64,000 nt of DNA from Nitrospirota bacterium (GTDB taxonomy: Bacteria; Nitrospirota; JACRHJ01). Below, in pieces: positions 45,618 through 56,707 of this stretch (the first letter of the stretch is position 1; every line of letters begins with the position of its first letter). The notes below the pieces were generated by a model. The model saw nothing but the letters and a program-made list of their open reading frames with translations. It was not told the DNA's origin and ran no database searches. The stretch covers positions 256,001 through 320,000 of the forward strand of contig CAVTDB010000026.1 in assembly GCA_963733375.1 (NCBI GenBank), read 5' to 3'. Both the position numbers and the translations under genes were made by a program.

Positions 45618-46595
45618 ATGAAGGCCTTGGTGACAGGAGGGACCGGGTTCATCGGAAGCCATCTCGTCGAGGCCCTCCTGAAGGAAGGCATCGAGGTGAG
45701 GTGCCTTGTCCGTGACCCGAATAAGTTATCCTGGCTTGCCGGGCTGGATGTAGAGGCGGTAAAAGGGGACTGCGCGGCCCCGGCGGGTTTGTCCGATGCG
45801 GTGAAGGGCGTGGACTATGTCTTCCATGCCGCCGGGATTACAAAGGCCGTTAAACCGCAAGATTATTACAGGGTAAACGCGCAGGGGACGGAGAACCTCC
45901 TCCATGCGGCGATAAAGGAAGCCGGGCGGATAAGAAAGTTCGTCCTGGTATCCAGTCAGGCCGCCGCGGGGCCGTCGAAGGAAGGCCGGCCAAGGCGCGA
46001 GGACGACCCTGCCGAGCCGGTATCCGACTACGGCAGGAGCAAGCTCGAAGCTGAGCAGTACGCGCTGTCCGCGAAGGAAGAACTGAATATCGCGATAGTC
46101 AGGCCGACGGCGGTTTACGGCCCGAGAGACCGGGATATCCTGACCTTTTTCAAGATGGTCAGCCGGGGGTTCCGGACCGCGTTCTCTGAAAAAAGGTTGC
46201 TCTCCGTCTGCTATGTTTCCGATATAGTTGACGGTACGGTTAAGGCGGCGCTGAAGCAGACGAAATCCGGAGACGCTTTTTTTCTGGCGCATCCGGTCCA
46301 GAACGACTGGGACAGGATGGGTGAGGCTATCGCCTCTTCCCTGGGGGTGAAGGCCAGGAGACTGGTTATCCCGATCCCCCTGATGGGGGGCGTCGCGTTA
46401 TGCGCCGAGGCGTTTTCCTTCATTTCCGGAAGACCGGCGCTTCTTAACCGCCAGAAGATGGCGGAGATAAGACAGCGCTTCTGGGTAGTGGATACAAGCA
46501 AGGCCGAAGAGGTTTTAGGGTTTGCCGCCCGTGTTGATTTCCCGGCGGGCGCAAAAATTACTGCCGAGTGGTACAGGCTACATGGATGGCTTTGA
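45618..46595 (+). CDS. NAD(P)-dependent epimerase/dehydratase-family reductase (candidate ceramide or ketosphinganine reductase)
   Basis: TGGTGFIG, YGRSK and RPTAVYGPRD; directly upstream of the SPT-like gene. Confidence 0.82.
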   Translation: MKALVTGGTGFIGSHLVEALLKEGIEVRCLVRDPNKLSWLAGLDVEAVKGDCAAPAGLSDAVKGVDYVFHAAGITKAVKPQDYYRVNAQGTENLLHAAIKEAGRIRKFVLVSSQAAAGPSKEGRPRREDDPAEPVSDYGRSKLEAEQYALSAKEELNIAIVRPTAVYGPRDRDILTFFKMVSRGFRTAFSEKRLLSVCYVSDIVDGTVKAALKQTKSGDAFFLAHPVQNDWDRMGEAIASSLGVKARRLVIPIPLMGGVALCAEAFSFISGRPALLNRQKMAEIRQRFWVVDTSKAEEVLGFAARVDFPAGAKITAEWYRLHGWL

Positions 46596-46609
46596 GGGAG
46601 GATGACAGC

Positions 46610-47803
46610 TTGGACATTTTCGGGAAGTGCAAACGGTTTACAAAAGCGGACGATTTAAAGGCGATAGGCGCCTATCTTTATTTCCGCAGAATAGATTCAC
46701 CACAGGACCCGATAATAACCATCGCCGGCAAAGAGCTGATAATGCTCGGCTCGAACAATTATCTGGGCCTCACCAACCACCCCAAGGTAAAAGAAGCGGC
46801 AATTGCCGCCATAAAAAAGTACGGCACCGGTTGCGCCGGCTCCAGGTTCTTAAACGGCACGCTGGACATCCACGAGGAGCTTGAAGAGCGCCTGGCGAAG
46901 TTCATGAATAAACCGGCGGCGATCACGTTTTCCACCGGGTTCCAGACAAACCTGGGCACGATTTCCGCCATCGTGGGCAAGGACGATACCGTATTCATAG
47001 ATAAGCTCGACCATGCCAGCATCATAGACGGCTGCAGGCTCTCCTTCGGCGACGCCAGGAAATTCAAGCACAACGACATGGAAGACCTGGACCGGGTCCT
47101 TACCCAGGACGGGAAAGGCGGCAAGATGGTCGTCGTCGACGGCGTCTTCTCGATGGAAGGCGACATAGCCGACCTGCCCAGGATAGTGGACGTAGCCAGG
47201 ATCCACGGCGCGCGCGTAATGGTGGACGACGCGCACGGCATCGGCGTGCTTGGAAAGAACGGCAGGGGGACGGCGGAGCATTTCGGCCTGGAAGACAAAG
47301 TCGATATCATAATGGGGACGTACAGCAAGTCGCTTGCCTCCATCGGCGGCTTCGTCGTCGCGGAACTCGACGTAATAGACTACATAAAGCACCATGCCCG
47401 CGCCCTGATATTCTCCGCAAGCCCGCCCCCGTCTTCGGTCGCGTCGGTAATCGCCGCCCTGGACATTATCGAGAGCGAGCCGGAGAGGCGCAAGGCCCTT
47501 TGGGACAATACCCATAAGATGCAGAAGGGCTTCAAGGAGATGGGCTACGACATCGGCGTGAGCGAGACGCCTGTCGTCTCGGTCGTCGTGGGCGAGGACA
47601 TGACCGCATTCATGATGACGAAGAGGCTCCAGGAAGAGGGCGTGTTCGTGAACCCGGTGGTCAGCCCGGCGACGGCCCCCGGAAGGGCCCTCATCAGGAC
47701 GAGCTACATGGCCAACCACACCTTCGACCAGCTCGACCGGGTGCTTGATATATTCGAAAAGGTGGGCAGGGAACTCGGGATACTCCAGACGAAGCACGCG
47801 TAA
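46610..47803 (+). CDS. spt: PLP-dependent alpha-oxoamine synthase, serine palmitoyltransferase-like
   Basis: GSNNYLGL, GTGCAGSRFLNGTLDIH, DHASIIDG, FSMEGD, DDAH and GTYSKSLA. The GTGCAGSRFLNGT segment resembles bacterial SPTs more than BioF or Kbl. Confidence 0.75.
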   Translation: MDIFGKCKRFTKADDLKAIGAYLYFRRIDSPQDPIITIAGKELIMLGSNNYLGLTNHPKVKEAAIAAIKKYGTGCAGSRFLNGTLDIHEELEERLAKFMNKPAAITFSTGFQTNLGTISAIVGKDDTVFIDKLDHASIIDGCRLSFGDARKFKHNDMEDLDRVLTQDGKGGKMVVVDGVFSMEGDIADLPRIVDVARIHGARVMVDDAHGIGVLGKNGRGTAEHFGLEDKVDIIMGTYSKSLASIGGFVVAELDVIDYIKHHARALIFSASPPPSSVASVIAALDIIESEPERRKALWDNTHKMQKGFKEMGYDIGVSETPVVSVVVGEDMTAFMMTKRLQEEGVFVNPVVSPATAPGRALIRTSYMANHTFDQLDRVLDIFEKVGRELGILQTKHA

Positions 47804-47925
47804 GCGGAAGCGGCGGAGGGGCGCGGGATGATCCAGGCCGCCTTTGCGGAAGCAGTTTAGACTGAGTATGGGGCTGCGGGAATGCGCGGCCGCTTGAATA
47901 TAACATGGAGTCGGACGCCTTTTAA

Positions 47926-48564
47926 GTGAAACATCCGGGCCGCAAGATATATCACCTGCTGGGCGGCCTCTTCATAATTGCCGCATATATTTTCCTGGGA
48001 CGGGCGCGGGGACTACCCGCGCTCGCCGCGCTTACGGCCATCGCCACCGCGACAGACATCTCCCGCTTCATTTTCCCGAAGTTCAACTATTTCGTATTCA
48101 GGCATTTTAAGGCGTTCATCCGGGAGTCCGAAAGGAACACCCTTACCGGGACGCCTCCGTATCTGATGGGGATGCTGGGTTCGTTTTTCCTTTTCAGTTT
48201 GCCGGTTGCAATCTGCTCGATTATATTTCTTGCCTGCGGCGACGTGAGCGCGACGGTCGTGGGGGAACGGTGGGGGAAGACGAAAATATCCGGGATAAAA
48301 AGCCTGGAGGGGACGATGGCCTTCTTCGCCGCCTCGCTTATATCCGGGGCCGTAGCCGGTGTTTACTGGCAGGGGCTTCCTTTGTATGTCGTCGCGGCGG
48401 GCGCACTCACCGCGTCCGTGGTTGAAATCCTGCCCCTGAAGTTCAACGACAACTTAACTATACCGATAATTTCAGGTGCGGTGATGCAGGCGCTGATTCA
48501 TAAACGCCCCGTCATGCCCCTCTTATCTAGGGGAAGCGGAATGTCATTTCGGGGAACCCGGTAA
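47926..48564 (+). CDS. CTP-dependent membrane lipid kinase (Sec59/Dgk1/VTE5 family)
   Basis: RKIYH, RESE, GDVSATVVG, KSLEG and NDNLTIP; multiple TM segments. Confidence 0.82.
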   Translation: MKHPGRKIYHLLGGLFIIAAYIFLGRARGLPALAALTAIATATDISRFIFPKFNYFVFRHFKAFIRESERNTLTGTPPYLMGMLGSFFLFSLPVAICSIIFLACGDVSATVVGERWGKTKISGIKSLEGTMAFFAASLISGAVAGVYWQGLPLYVVAAGALTASVVEILPLKFNDNLTIPIISGAVMQALIHKRPVMPLLSRGSGMSFRGTR

Positions 48565-49438
48565 CTTTAAAATATCTGCAATAACCCGCATATAGTTTAT
48601 CCGCCAGCCGGACGCACACCGGCGCGAGGGCCGCGCCCGCGATCACGTCAATAACGTAGTGATACCGCAGGTACATTGTCGCGACTATCAGCCCCGTGAC
48701 AAGCGGCAGGGCCAGCCAGAAGAACCACCTCTTGTACCGCCACGCATACGCAAGCACTATCAGCACGACTTCCGTATGGCCGGAAGGGAACGCGTCCCGG
48801 TTCGTGCCCTCAAGCAGGTTCAGGGTCGAGTCGATTCCACTTGCCAGCCCGCCGCGCATAAGGCCGTGCGCATACTGCCCCTCAAGATAAAACCTTGGCC
48901 CCAGCGCCGGGACGATTATGTACCCCAGGTACGAAACGAAAAAGCCCAGGGTAATCCCGAAGAGCGAGATATCGAAATATTCCGTTTCCCTTTTAAAAAA
49001 TAAAATAAGACAGAAGACAATGGGGACGAAATAGTACGAGGTGTAGCAGATCTGAAGGACGGTCGTGAGAGCGGGGCGTACCATCCACTCCAGCCATGCG
49101 CCGGGGACGGGTCCGGTCAGATACGCATCCATACGGGCCAGCCAGGGGTCCTTGTCAGGCGCGTTTATATAGGCCGTTATGTGGCTCATGCTGTCGAAAG
49201 TGAAGAGGATGACGAACAGGGGCATCAGGAAATCGACGTATTTTATCAGTACGCTTTGCGGGGATTTCTGCCGCATGTAAGACGCCGCCAGGACGACGGC
49301 CATTACCGCGCCGTAGCGAAGCGCAATCTCCGCCGCATCGGGTATTTTTTTAAAATTCAGGAGGGTAAGGACGAGAAGGAAAAGCAGGAAAAATACCGAT
49401 AGCGGCGTTACCGGCTTTGCCTTCCGAAGGAAGCGCAT
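48527..49438 (-). CDS. PAP2-superfamily membrane phosphotransferase (Aur1/IPC-synthase-like)
   Basis: YTSYY, PALGP, DAFPSGH and RYHYVIDV; multiple TM segments. Confidence 0.82.
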   Translation of the reverse strand: MRFLRKAKPVTPLSVFFLLFLLVLTLLNFKKIPDAAEIALRYGAVMAVVLAASYMRQKSPQSVLIKYVDFLMPLFVILFTFDSMSHITAYINAPDKDPWLARMDAYLTGPVPGAWLEWMVRPALTTVLQICYTSYYFVPIVFCLILFFKRETEYFDISLFGITLGFFVSYLGYIIVPALGPRFYLEGQYAHGLMRGGLASGIDSTLNLLEGTNRDAFPSGHTEVVLIVLAYAWRYKRWFFWLALPLVTGLIVATMYLRYHYVIDVIAGAALAPVCVRLADKLYAGYCRYFKVTGFPEMTFRFP

Positions 49439-49440
49439 CT

Positions 49441-50269
49441 TCAGGCGCTGAGTCCGACGGTCAGGCCGAAATCGGCGGCGACTTCCTCGATAACCTTGCG
49501 GTCTATGCCCGGCCTTTTAGTCAGGTAAGCCTTCCAGGAGCGCGTTGTCGCAGATTGTATTGATGAGCCGCGGGATCCCCTTGGAGAACATATACACGGC
49601 CTCGATCGCGTCCGGGGAAAAAAGTTCCTTTTCACTCCCCGCGATGTGGAGCCTGTGGCGGATGTATTGCGCGGTCATATCATGGCTAAAGGATTTCAGC
49701 CGGTATTTTACCGCGACCCTCTGTTTCAGCGGTTCGTCCAGAGAGAGCACGTCGTCCAGCTCCGGCATCCCGAAGAACACGAAAGACACCAGTTTCCCTC
49801 CGGGCACTTCGAGGTTAAGAAGTCCTCTGAACTCCTCCATTATCTCCCGCGAGTTCAGCATCTGGGCCTCGTCTATAAGCACCACGGCCTTTTTGCCGGC
49901 CTCGTTTATTTCTATAAGGCGGTGGTATATGGAGCTCAGGAGGTTTACTTTATCCTCCGGTACGTCGTCCACGCCAAGCTGCATGGCGATTTTTTTAAGC
50001 AGCCATTCGGTCGTTATGGAGGAATGGATTATCACGAGCAGGGCGGACTCGTGCTCATCGTCGTCGAGTTCGTCCAGCATCCTTCTGGCGAGAGTGGTCT
50101 TGCCGGTGCCGATGCCGCCGACCAGGACGGCCAACCCCTTCATGGTGCTCACGGCGTATTTAAGACGGAGCAGCGCTTCGGCATGCTGTTCGCTGTTGTA
50201 GTAAAACCTGCTGTCGATGGAGTTGGTGAAAGGCTGTTCGTTAAGGCCGTAATACTCGAGGTAATCCAT
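49441..50269 (-). CDS. ExeA/GspA-like AAA+ ATPase (frameshift near 49520)
   Basis: YLEYYGLNEQPF, GGIGTGKTT, LIDEAQ and GIPRLINTICDNAL. Confidence 0.88.
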
Positions 50270-50284
50270 CTAACTCTCCGTAGA

Positions 50285-53200
50285 TTATAAGTACGATACC
50301 TTGTTTTTCTTGGGTGCGGCGGGTTTCTCTTCCGTCTTTTTCTTATCCTTGGCCGCGGGCGCCGCCCCGGATTCCAGGAGCGCCTTGTTCAACCTCTGGA
50401 GCCTCTCCTTGACGTCTCTGAAACCGCCGTCCGCCCGGGTTATCTCCTCCACGACCGACTGCGCCGACGGTATATCCTCATTCAGTTCGTATGCGGTCGC
50501 AAGGTCGTATTTAAGTCCCAGGTACTCGTCCGGCTCGCGTCCTTCGGCTTCCAACCCCTTTTTTAAATTTATAATCGCCGTGCCGTATTCGCCCTTCTCG
50601 ATATAGCATAACCCCCTCATGCTCGCGCAGTCGAGGAGCCTGCCCGGGTCGTGCGAGGCAAGCTCGAACTCGCCCAGCGCCTCGTCTAACATCCCCATCT
50701 CTTTATATGCGATACCCAGGTTATAATGGGTCTCGTAATCTTCCTTGTTGAGCTGCTCCTCAACGCCCTTTTTAAATTCCTGGAAAACGTCCTCGAGCAG
50801 TTTGTCTTCGAACACATCGGAAGATTTCTTCGCCGCCGGCGCCTCGGTTTCTTCTTCGAATTCCTCGCGGAGTTCCGCTCCCAGGTCGAAGAAATCCTCA
50901 TCCGGCTTCGGCTCCTGTATAGAAAAAGCGCTGGAGATGAGCGCGGCTGACTGTTCCGGATCAGGCGTCTTAACCGGCTCGTCCGTCTCCGTTTCATCCG
51001 GCGCGGTCTCCTCAAAATCTCCGCCCAAAACAGGCTCGTCCCATGTCTCCTTGAAGGCCTGCTCCAATTCGTTGTCCAGGGATTTGAAAACGTCGTCTTC
51101 CTCGCTTGTTTCTTCCCGGATTTCAGCGGATGGCTCGGAATGCTCCGGCTCCTCCGTGACCAGCTCTATATCCTGCGGTCCCGGCTCTTTTGACAAACTA
51201 TCAAGCAGCGTATCGTGCCTTTCGCGGACTTCAAGGTCGTCCGGGTTTACGGAAAGGAGCTTCTCGTAGATATCGATTGCCTCTTGAGTAAAGACCCTGC
51301 TGGGCATAGAAATCCGCCTCCGCGCGCTCCTCCACGTAATGCACTGAACCCGGAGTCATCGAGGGCCCGGCCAGATATTCCAGCTCAATCTGGTTCTCAG
51401 TTTCAAACAGAGGTTCCTCTGATTCCTGTTCCGGGAGCGGCACATCTTCCAGGCTGTATGTCCAGTTCAAGCTGTACGTCCGGCTCCAGGCTGTACGTCC
51501 GGCTCCTACTGCATTTCTCTGCCGGCTAATGAAATTTCCTCCCCGGCAGGTCGTCCAGTTCATAAATTTTCGACTCCGGCAAAGCTTCCTGTTCTTTTTG
51601 ACCCTCCTCCAGCGCCGGTAATTCCGTCTCCGAAAGTTCCGGTATTTCCGAAACCGCGCCTATCTCATATACCGCGGAAGGCGGCGGCTGCGATTTGGAT
51701 GCAAGTCTTGGGTCGGCAGGGTCGAGCCGGCGCGCTTTGCCGAGTACCGCTTCGGCTTCCGCCTCCATGCCCATCGAATTATAAATATCGGCAAGTTCGA
51801 CGGAGACGTTTATAAAACTATCGAGATCGCCCTGAGCCTTGTAAAGCTCAATGTACCTCTTTTTTACCTCCGGGTCCCGGGGACGGGTTTCGGAGAGGCC
51901 ATTAAGAATATCCGTCACCTTTTCCGTCATCCCGTACCTTAGCAGCACATCGGCCTCGCCAAGGCGCTCCTCAAAGCTTTTTTCAGGCGGCGGAGCCGCT
52001 ATTTCTTCCATGTCGGGGATGCCGTCGCCCGGGCCGCTCTGAATTCCGGTCTCGTCCGCCCCGGAGGTTTCTTCAGGACCTTTATTCACGGCGAAAATAT
52101 CTAAACCTTCAAGCTCGTTATCCTCCGGAAAACCGTACGCCCCGAGGTCCTGCGGAATTTCAACCAGCCCTTCATCCTCGCCCAGTTCCATCGGCGGGAA
52201 CTCTCCGAACTCCTCGGGCAGGTCCGGCATAGACGTCGTCCGGCATTGGCTCGTCCGGCATAGGCATGTCCGGCAAAGACGCCTCTTCCTCTAATGGAGG
52301 GAGTATCGCTTCAGGCACGGCGGGGGCGGCCTCGATGGGAATTTCTTCTTCAGGGGACGGGATGGGGGCGGTCAGGTCTTTCGCCTGGCGCCTTATTTTG
52401 TCCGCCTCTTCCTGCCTGTCCTGCTTCTCCAGGACGTAAGCAAGGAGGTTCAGGGCAGCGACGCTGTCTGCCTTGTGGGCAAGGAACTCCCGGAGGAATT
52501 TTTCGGCCTCGGCGAATTCGTTTCTGGAGATGTGCCAGTCGGCCAGCGCTTCATATTCCTTCCAGGCGGCCTCGAAATCCCCTGTCTTCAGGTCCAGCTC
52601 GATGAGCTGATGCCGGTAGAGCATGTTCTGCGGGTCTTTATCCTGAAGGACATTGTAGATCGCTCTGGACTCCTCGTACCTGCCGGAGCGGAGATAGGCC
52701 TCTGCCAGCGAAGTCTGTATCCTCGCGTCGTTCGGGTCCAGCTTGTTTAATTCTTCGAGCCTGGAAATCGCCTCCTGAAGCCGGTCCTCCTTCAGGTCTA
52801 TCAAAGCACAGACCCTGCCGAACTCGAACCCGTCAGACGCCTTTTCCTTGACCTTGGCCAGGAATTCCCTCGCGCCCGCTAAATCTCCCTGGGCAAACTT
52901 CTTTTCCGCAAGCTCGACGCATTTATTTACTCCCTCCCGCTCGAACCCTTCGCCCAGATAAAGCTCCGCAAGTTTTTGGGCGAGGGAAAAATTGTCGGGG
53001 TTCAGTTCGCAGAGGGTTTTGTAAATATCTATCGCCTTGCTCCTCTGGCCTTGTTTGGTAAAGTAGGATGCCGCCGCCAGGTAATTCTCGTTTGCGTTAC
53101 CCACCATGCCGCGCTCGGCGTTCAGCTTGCCCATCATGAGGAAGACGTCCACCTGGTCGGGCTTTATGTTCAGGACTTTTTTGTAAAGCGCGATAGCCTT

Positions 53201-53425
53201 GAGGGTGAAGCCGGTCTTATTGAAGATTTCAGCGGATCTTTTGAAAGACTCAATGGCCTTTTCGGTATCGTTCCTTTTTAGGCAGAGGTCTCCGACGGTA
53301 TTGAAGGTGTTGGCGTCGTTCGGCGACTCAGCTAAGATCTTCTCGTACTCGATTATCGCCTTATCCCATTGCGACTTGGCGATAAACTTCTGCACGTCCT
53401 TTAAAATCTTGCTTTTGTTAATCAC
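50285..53425 (-). CDS. Large TPR protein with acidic Glu/Pro-rich linkers (SgmX-like), several frameshifts
   Basis: N-terminal TPRs (GDLCLK, KAIALYKK); C-terminal DYETHYNLGIAYKEMG and KNKVSYL. Confidence 0.78.
51449..51506 (-). repeat. Three ~18-nt tandem coding repeats (EPDVQP-like) in the TPR linker
   Basis: Plus strand GCTGTACGTCCGGCTCC twice plus one degenerate copy. Confidence 0.65.
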
Positions 53426-53581
53426 TTACAACCTCGGTTTGAGGGCATAAAATCCCACATGAATTTAGCATATTCAAGGTCTTACTGTCAAGGTTATTGA
53501 CCCCCCTTCCCGCCGGTTTACATCCGGGGCCAGTTGTGTTATAAATATCCGGATTTATCCGGATTTAACTTAGGGGGAGAA

Positions 53582-54986
53582 ATGTCTTCAACGGGCCGTG
53601 TTTTAAGTCTATTTGCGGTTTTTTTGACTCTTTTGCTTGCCCAGGCTGCGTTTGCCGCCCCTTATGAAGAATGGGCCGGGATGTACCTTGGGAAAGAGAA
53701 GATGGGTTATGCGTATCTCAAGGTTGAAGATGTTCCCGGCGGCTATAATATCACCGAAGAGATGACGGCGGCCCTGACCGTGCTGGGAACGGTGCAGGAA
53801 GTAAAAATAAAGACCTCTTCCATAACCGACGGCGGTTACAGGGTAAAAAGCTTCCGTTTTTCGATGGTCTCAGGTTTTGCGAACTCCGCAGATCGACGGG
53901 GTCGTGGATGGCGATGTCCTTCGGCTGAAAACAGGCCCCGGCCAATCCGACTCGGAAGAGATAAAGCTTAAGGAAAGACCTTTTCTGTCTTCGGGCGCGG
54001 ACCTCTACATCCAGAACCAGAAGCTTAAGGCGGGAGATTCCATGGAGCTTCCGCTTTTCGACCCGGCGTCGCTCTCGCTGCAGGAGATGAAGGTAAACGT
54101 GGAGGCTGTGGAGGAGATGAAGGCGGGCGAGGGCCTGGTCCCGGTGTATAAGGTGCGGGAGAGCTTTTCCGGCATCGACGGGACGAGTTGGATAAGCCCC
54201 CGGATGGGGACCCTGAAGGCCTCCGGGCCGATGGGTTTTACCTTCATAAAAGAGACGAAGGAGCAGGCCCTGAACATGAAAGTAACCGCCCCGCCGGACA
54301 TTATCGCGCTTACGGCGGTCCAGGCGGAAGGGGAAGTTGTCGCCGACCCCAGGAGCATATCGTTTATGAAGGTGAAGCTCGAAGGGGCCGACCTCTCCGG
54401 GATGGCGCTGGACGGCGGGAGGCAGGTTTTCTCGGACGGTATTCTTTCATCCGCAAAAGAAGATTTATCGGGCCTGAAGCCGGCGCAGTTCCCGGTGAAA
54501 GGGCCGGGTCTCGACGAGTTTATGGGGCCGCAGCCATTCGTCCAGTCTGACGACCCGCGGATAATAAAACAGGCCCGGGAGATAACGGGGGGAGAGAAGG
54601 ACACGCTGAAGGCGGCGCGGAAACTGCTGGACTGGGTCCACGAGAACCTCAGAAAATACCCTTCCGCGGGGATACCGAATGCGTTGGAGGTACTGCAAAA
54701 CCTCTCCGGGGACTGCAACGAGCACGCGGTGCTGTTCATGGCGCTGGCCCGCGCCGCCGGGATACCGGCCAGGATGGACGCCGGACTCGTCTTGATGGAC
54801 GGGAAGTTTTATTACCACGCCTGGAATGAAATATACGTCGGCCAGTGGGTAACGGTCGATCCCACCTTCGGCCAGTTCCCGGCCGATGCCTCCCATATCA
54901 GGCTGGCCGAGGGCGGGCCGGACAAACAGATGGAGTTGATCAAGGCGGTGGGCAAGCTTAAGATAAAGGTGTTGGAGGCGAGATGA
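53582..54986 (+). CDS. Exported transglutaminase-like domain protein (frameshift near 53880)
   Basis: Signal peptide; GDCNEHA, ARAAGIPAR, YHAWNE and VDPT catalytic motifs. Confidence 0.87.
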
Positions 54987-55092
54987 GGAATAAGAAACGT
55001 TTTACATGTAAGAGGGAGGAAAGAAACGTTTTACCTGTCCAGAGCGACAGCGAAGACAGAAACTGCTGACGGTCCTGGTAATCCTGGCCGCC

Positions 55093-55515
55093 TTGTCATT
55101 ATCCGCATGCAGCATGAAAAGCGCCGTCCAGAAGATGTCCCTGGAACTGAAGACCGTCCATATAAAAGACATGACGCTTAAAGGTTTCGATGCCGAAATC
55201 GACCTCCAGATAGTCAACCCCAACTGGTTCACCGTCAGGATATCCGACCTGGACTACCACGCATATATTGCCGGGGAGGAGATAGCGAGCGGGCAGGCGG
55301 ACCAGGAAATAGCCATACCTTCGGACTCTGCCACTGTCGTGACCCTGCCCTTGAAGGTGAGCTATGGGAATCTGGGCGGCAGGCTTGCCCAGATTTTACT
55401 TGCAGGAAACCTTGAATACCGCCTCAAGGGCTCGGCCGTATTCCATACCTGGTTCGCAAGCCGGACCGTCCCGTTCGATACGAAGGAAAAGAAGCTCAAA
55501 GTGCCTGAGCAATGA
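55093..55515 (+). CDS. LEA type 2 / WHy-domain lipoprotein (true start probably ATG 54983)
   Basis: Lipobox LSAC and NPN motif; 5' end disturbed by a 29-nt-period duplication. Confidence 0.75.
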   Translation: MSLSACSMKSAVQKMSLELKTVHIKDMTLKGFDAEIDLQIVNPNWFTVRISDLDYHAYIAGEEIASGQADQEIAIPSDSATVVTLPLKVSYGNLGGRLAQILLAGNLEYRLKGSAVFHTWFASRTVPFDTKEKKLKVPEQ

Positions 55516-56434
55516 AAAGGCGCCTGCTATCAGCGCTCGTAGTTGTCCTTATGCTGTCATCCGGCTGCGGGGCGCTGGACGGGATGAAGAGCCGCGCCAT
55601 GCTGGCGCAAGAAGATGCGCTGCATCCCAGGGACGCGAGGACCGGGCTTCTGCCCAATGCCGGACCTATCTCTTTTCCGGGAAAGGCAATGAGAAAGCCG
55701 CCCTTTTGATACATGGGTTCGGCGCCACCCCATACGACCTTAAACCCCTGGCAATTGCGCTTGATAAAGCGGGTATCGCGGTTTACGCGCCCCTTCTTCC
55801 CGGCCACGGCACGAGCGTCCTGGACTTCGGGCGTTCAGGCAAAAAAGACTGGATAGCGGCGTCGGACAGGGCCTTTGACGAGCTTTCACGCAAGTACCGC
55901 AAAGTCTATGTCGTCGGGTTTTCGATGGGCGGGGACATCGCGCTGGACATCGCCGCGAAAAAAAAGCCCGCGGGAGTGGTGCTTCTCGCGCCATGCGTTT
56001 TCATAAACGGCCAGAATAAATTTATCACCCCCGAATATTCGATTAAATATCTCTCCCGGTTTCTGTTTACCGACTATGTAATCACCCAGCCTTCCTTCTG
56101 CTTCGATAAAAAAGCGCTCGAAGGAAGGCCGGTTTACGACCTCTTGCCGATAAATGCGCTCCGGGAACTGGTGTCGCTTGAAGAGTCCGTCCGGCGGGAG
56201 CTTCCGGAAGTCAAGGAGCCGCTCCTGGTAATCCAGTCAAAGAACGACGCCACCGTGGACTCCTCCGGCCCAGGCTATATAGTGGCCCATGTCTCATCCA
56301 GGGATAAGGGGGTTTTCTGGGTGGAGCGCTCCGGCCACCTGCTTTGCCTGGACGCGGAGAAAGGCCGTGTAATAAGCAAGGTCTCGCAAGGAGCCCTTCT
56401 ACTGCCCCCCTTGCCGGTCGCAGACGGGGCGTAG
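55512..56434 (+). CDS. Alpha/beta hydrolase (carboxylesterase/monoacylglycerol lipase-like) lipoprotein, frameshifted; 3' end uncertain
   Basis: Lipobox SSGC; LIHGF, LPGHG, GFSMGG nucleophile elbow, QSKND and SGH. Confidence 0.82.
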
Positions 56435-56561
56435 GAGGTATTCCTGGAAGAAGATCATCGTTGAGCGTAAAACAGAAATTAGCGGTTTCCGCACGATTGC
56501 GAATAATGAGGTTCTGGAAGGAATGCCTCCTAGGCTACTCCCTCTGGCAAAAACCATATAA

Positions 56562-56645
56562 ATACCATATATTGTACCGTCTTAATCCATCTGCCACATT
56601 TTTTAGTGCTTTTCAATTGATTTTTCTCATCTCATATGATATAAA
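56562..56645 (+). promoter_or_regulatory. smc promoter with tandem NrdR-box-like sites
   Basis: ATACCATATATTGTAC (56562) and CCACATTTTTTAGTGC (56594), 32 nt apart; TTGATT-17 nt-TATAAA at 56617-56645. Confidence 0.5.
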
Positions 56646-56707
56646 TTCAGCCGGGAAAGCCTAAGCGAAAATCATTTTCCCAAACTTCCAAGAAGAGGTA
56701 GAAGAAG

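Noticed and set aside
54992-55034. AAGAAACGTTTTAC direct repeat as an operator
   Set aside because: Removing one 29-nt unit restores the reading frame from ATG 54983 into the LEA2 lipoprotein signal peptide, pointing to a local duplication or artefact.
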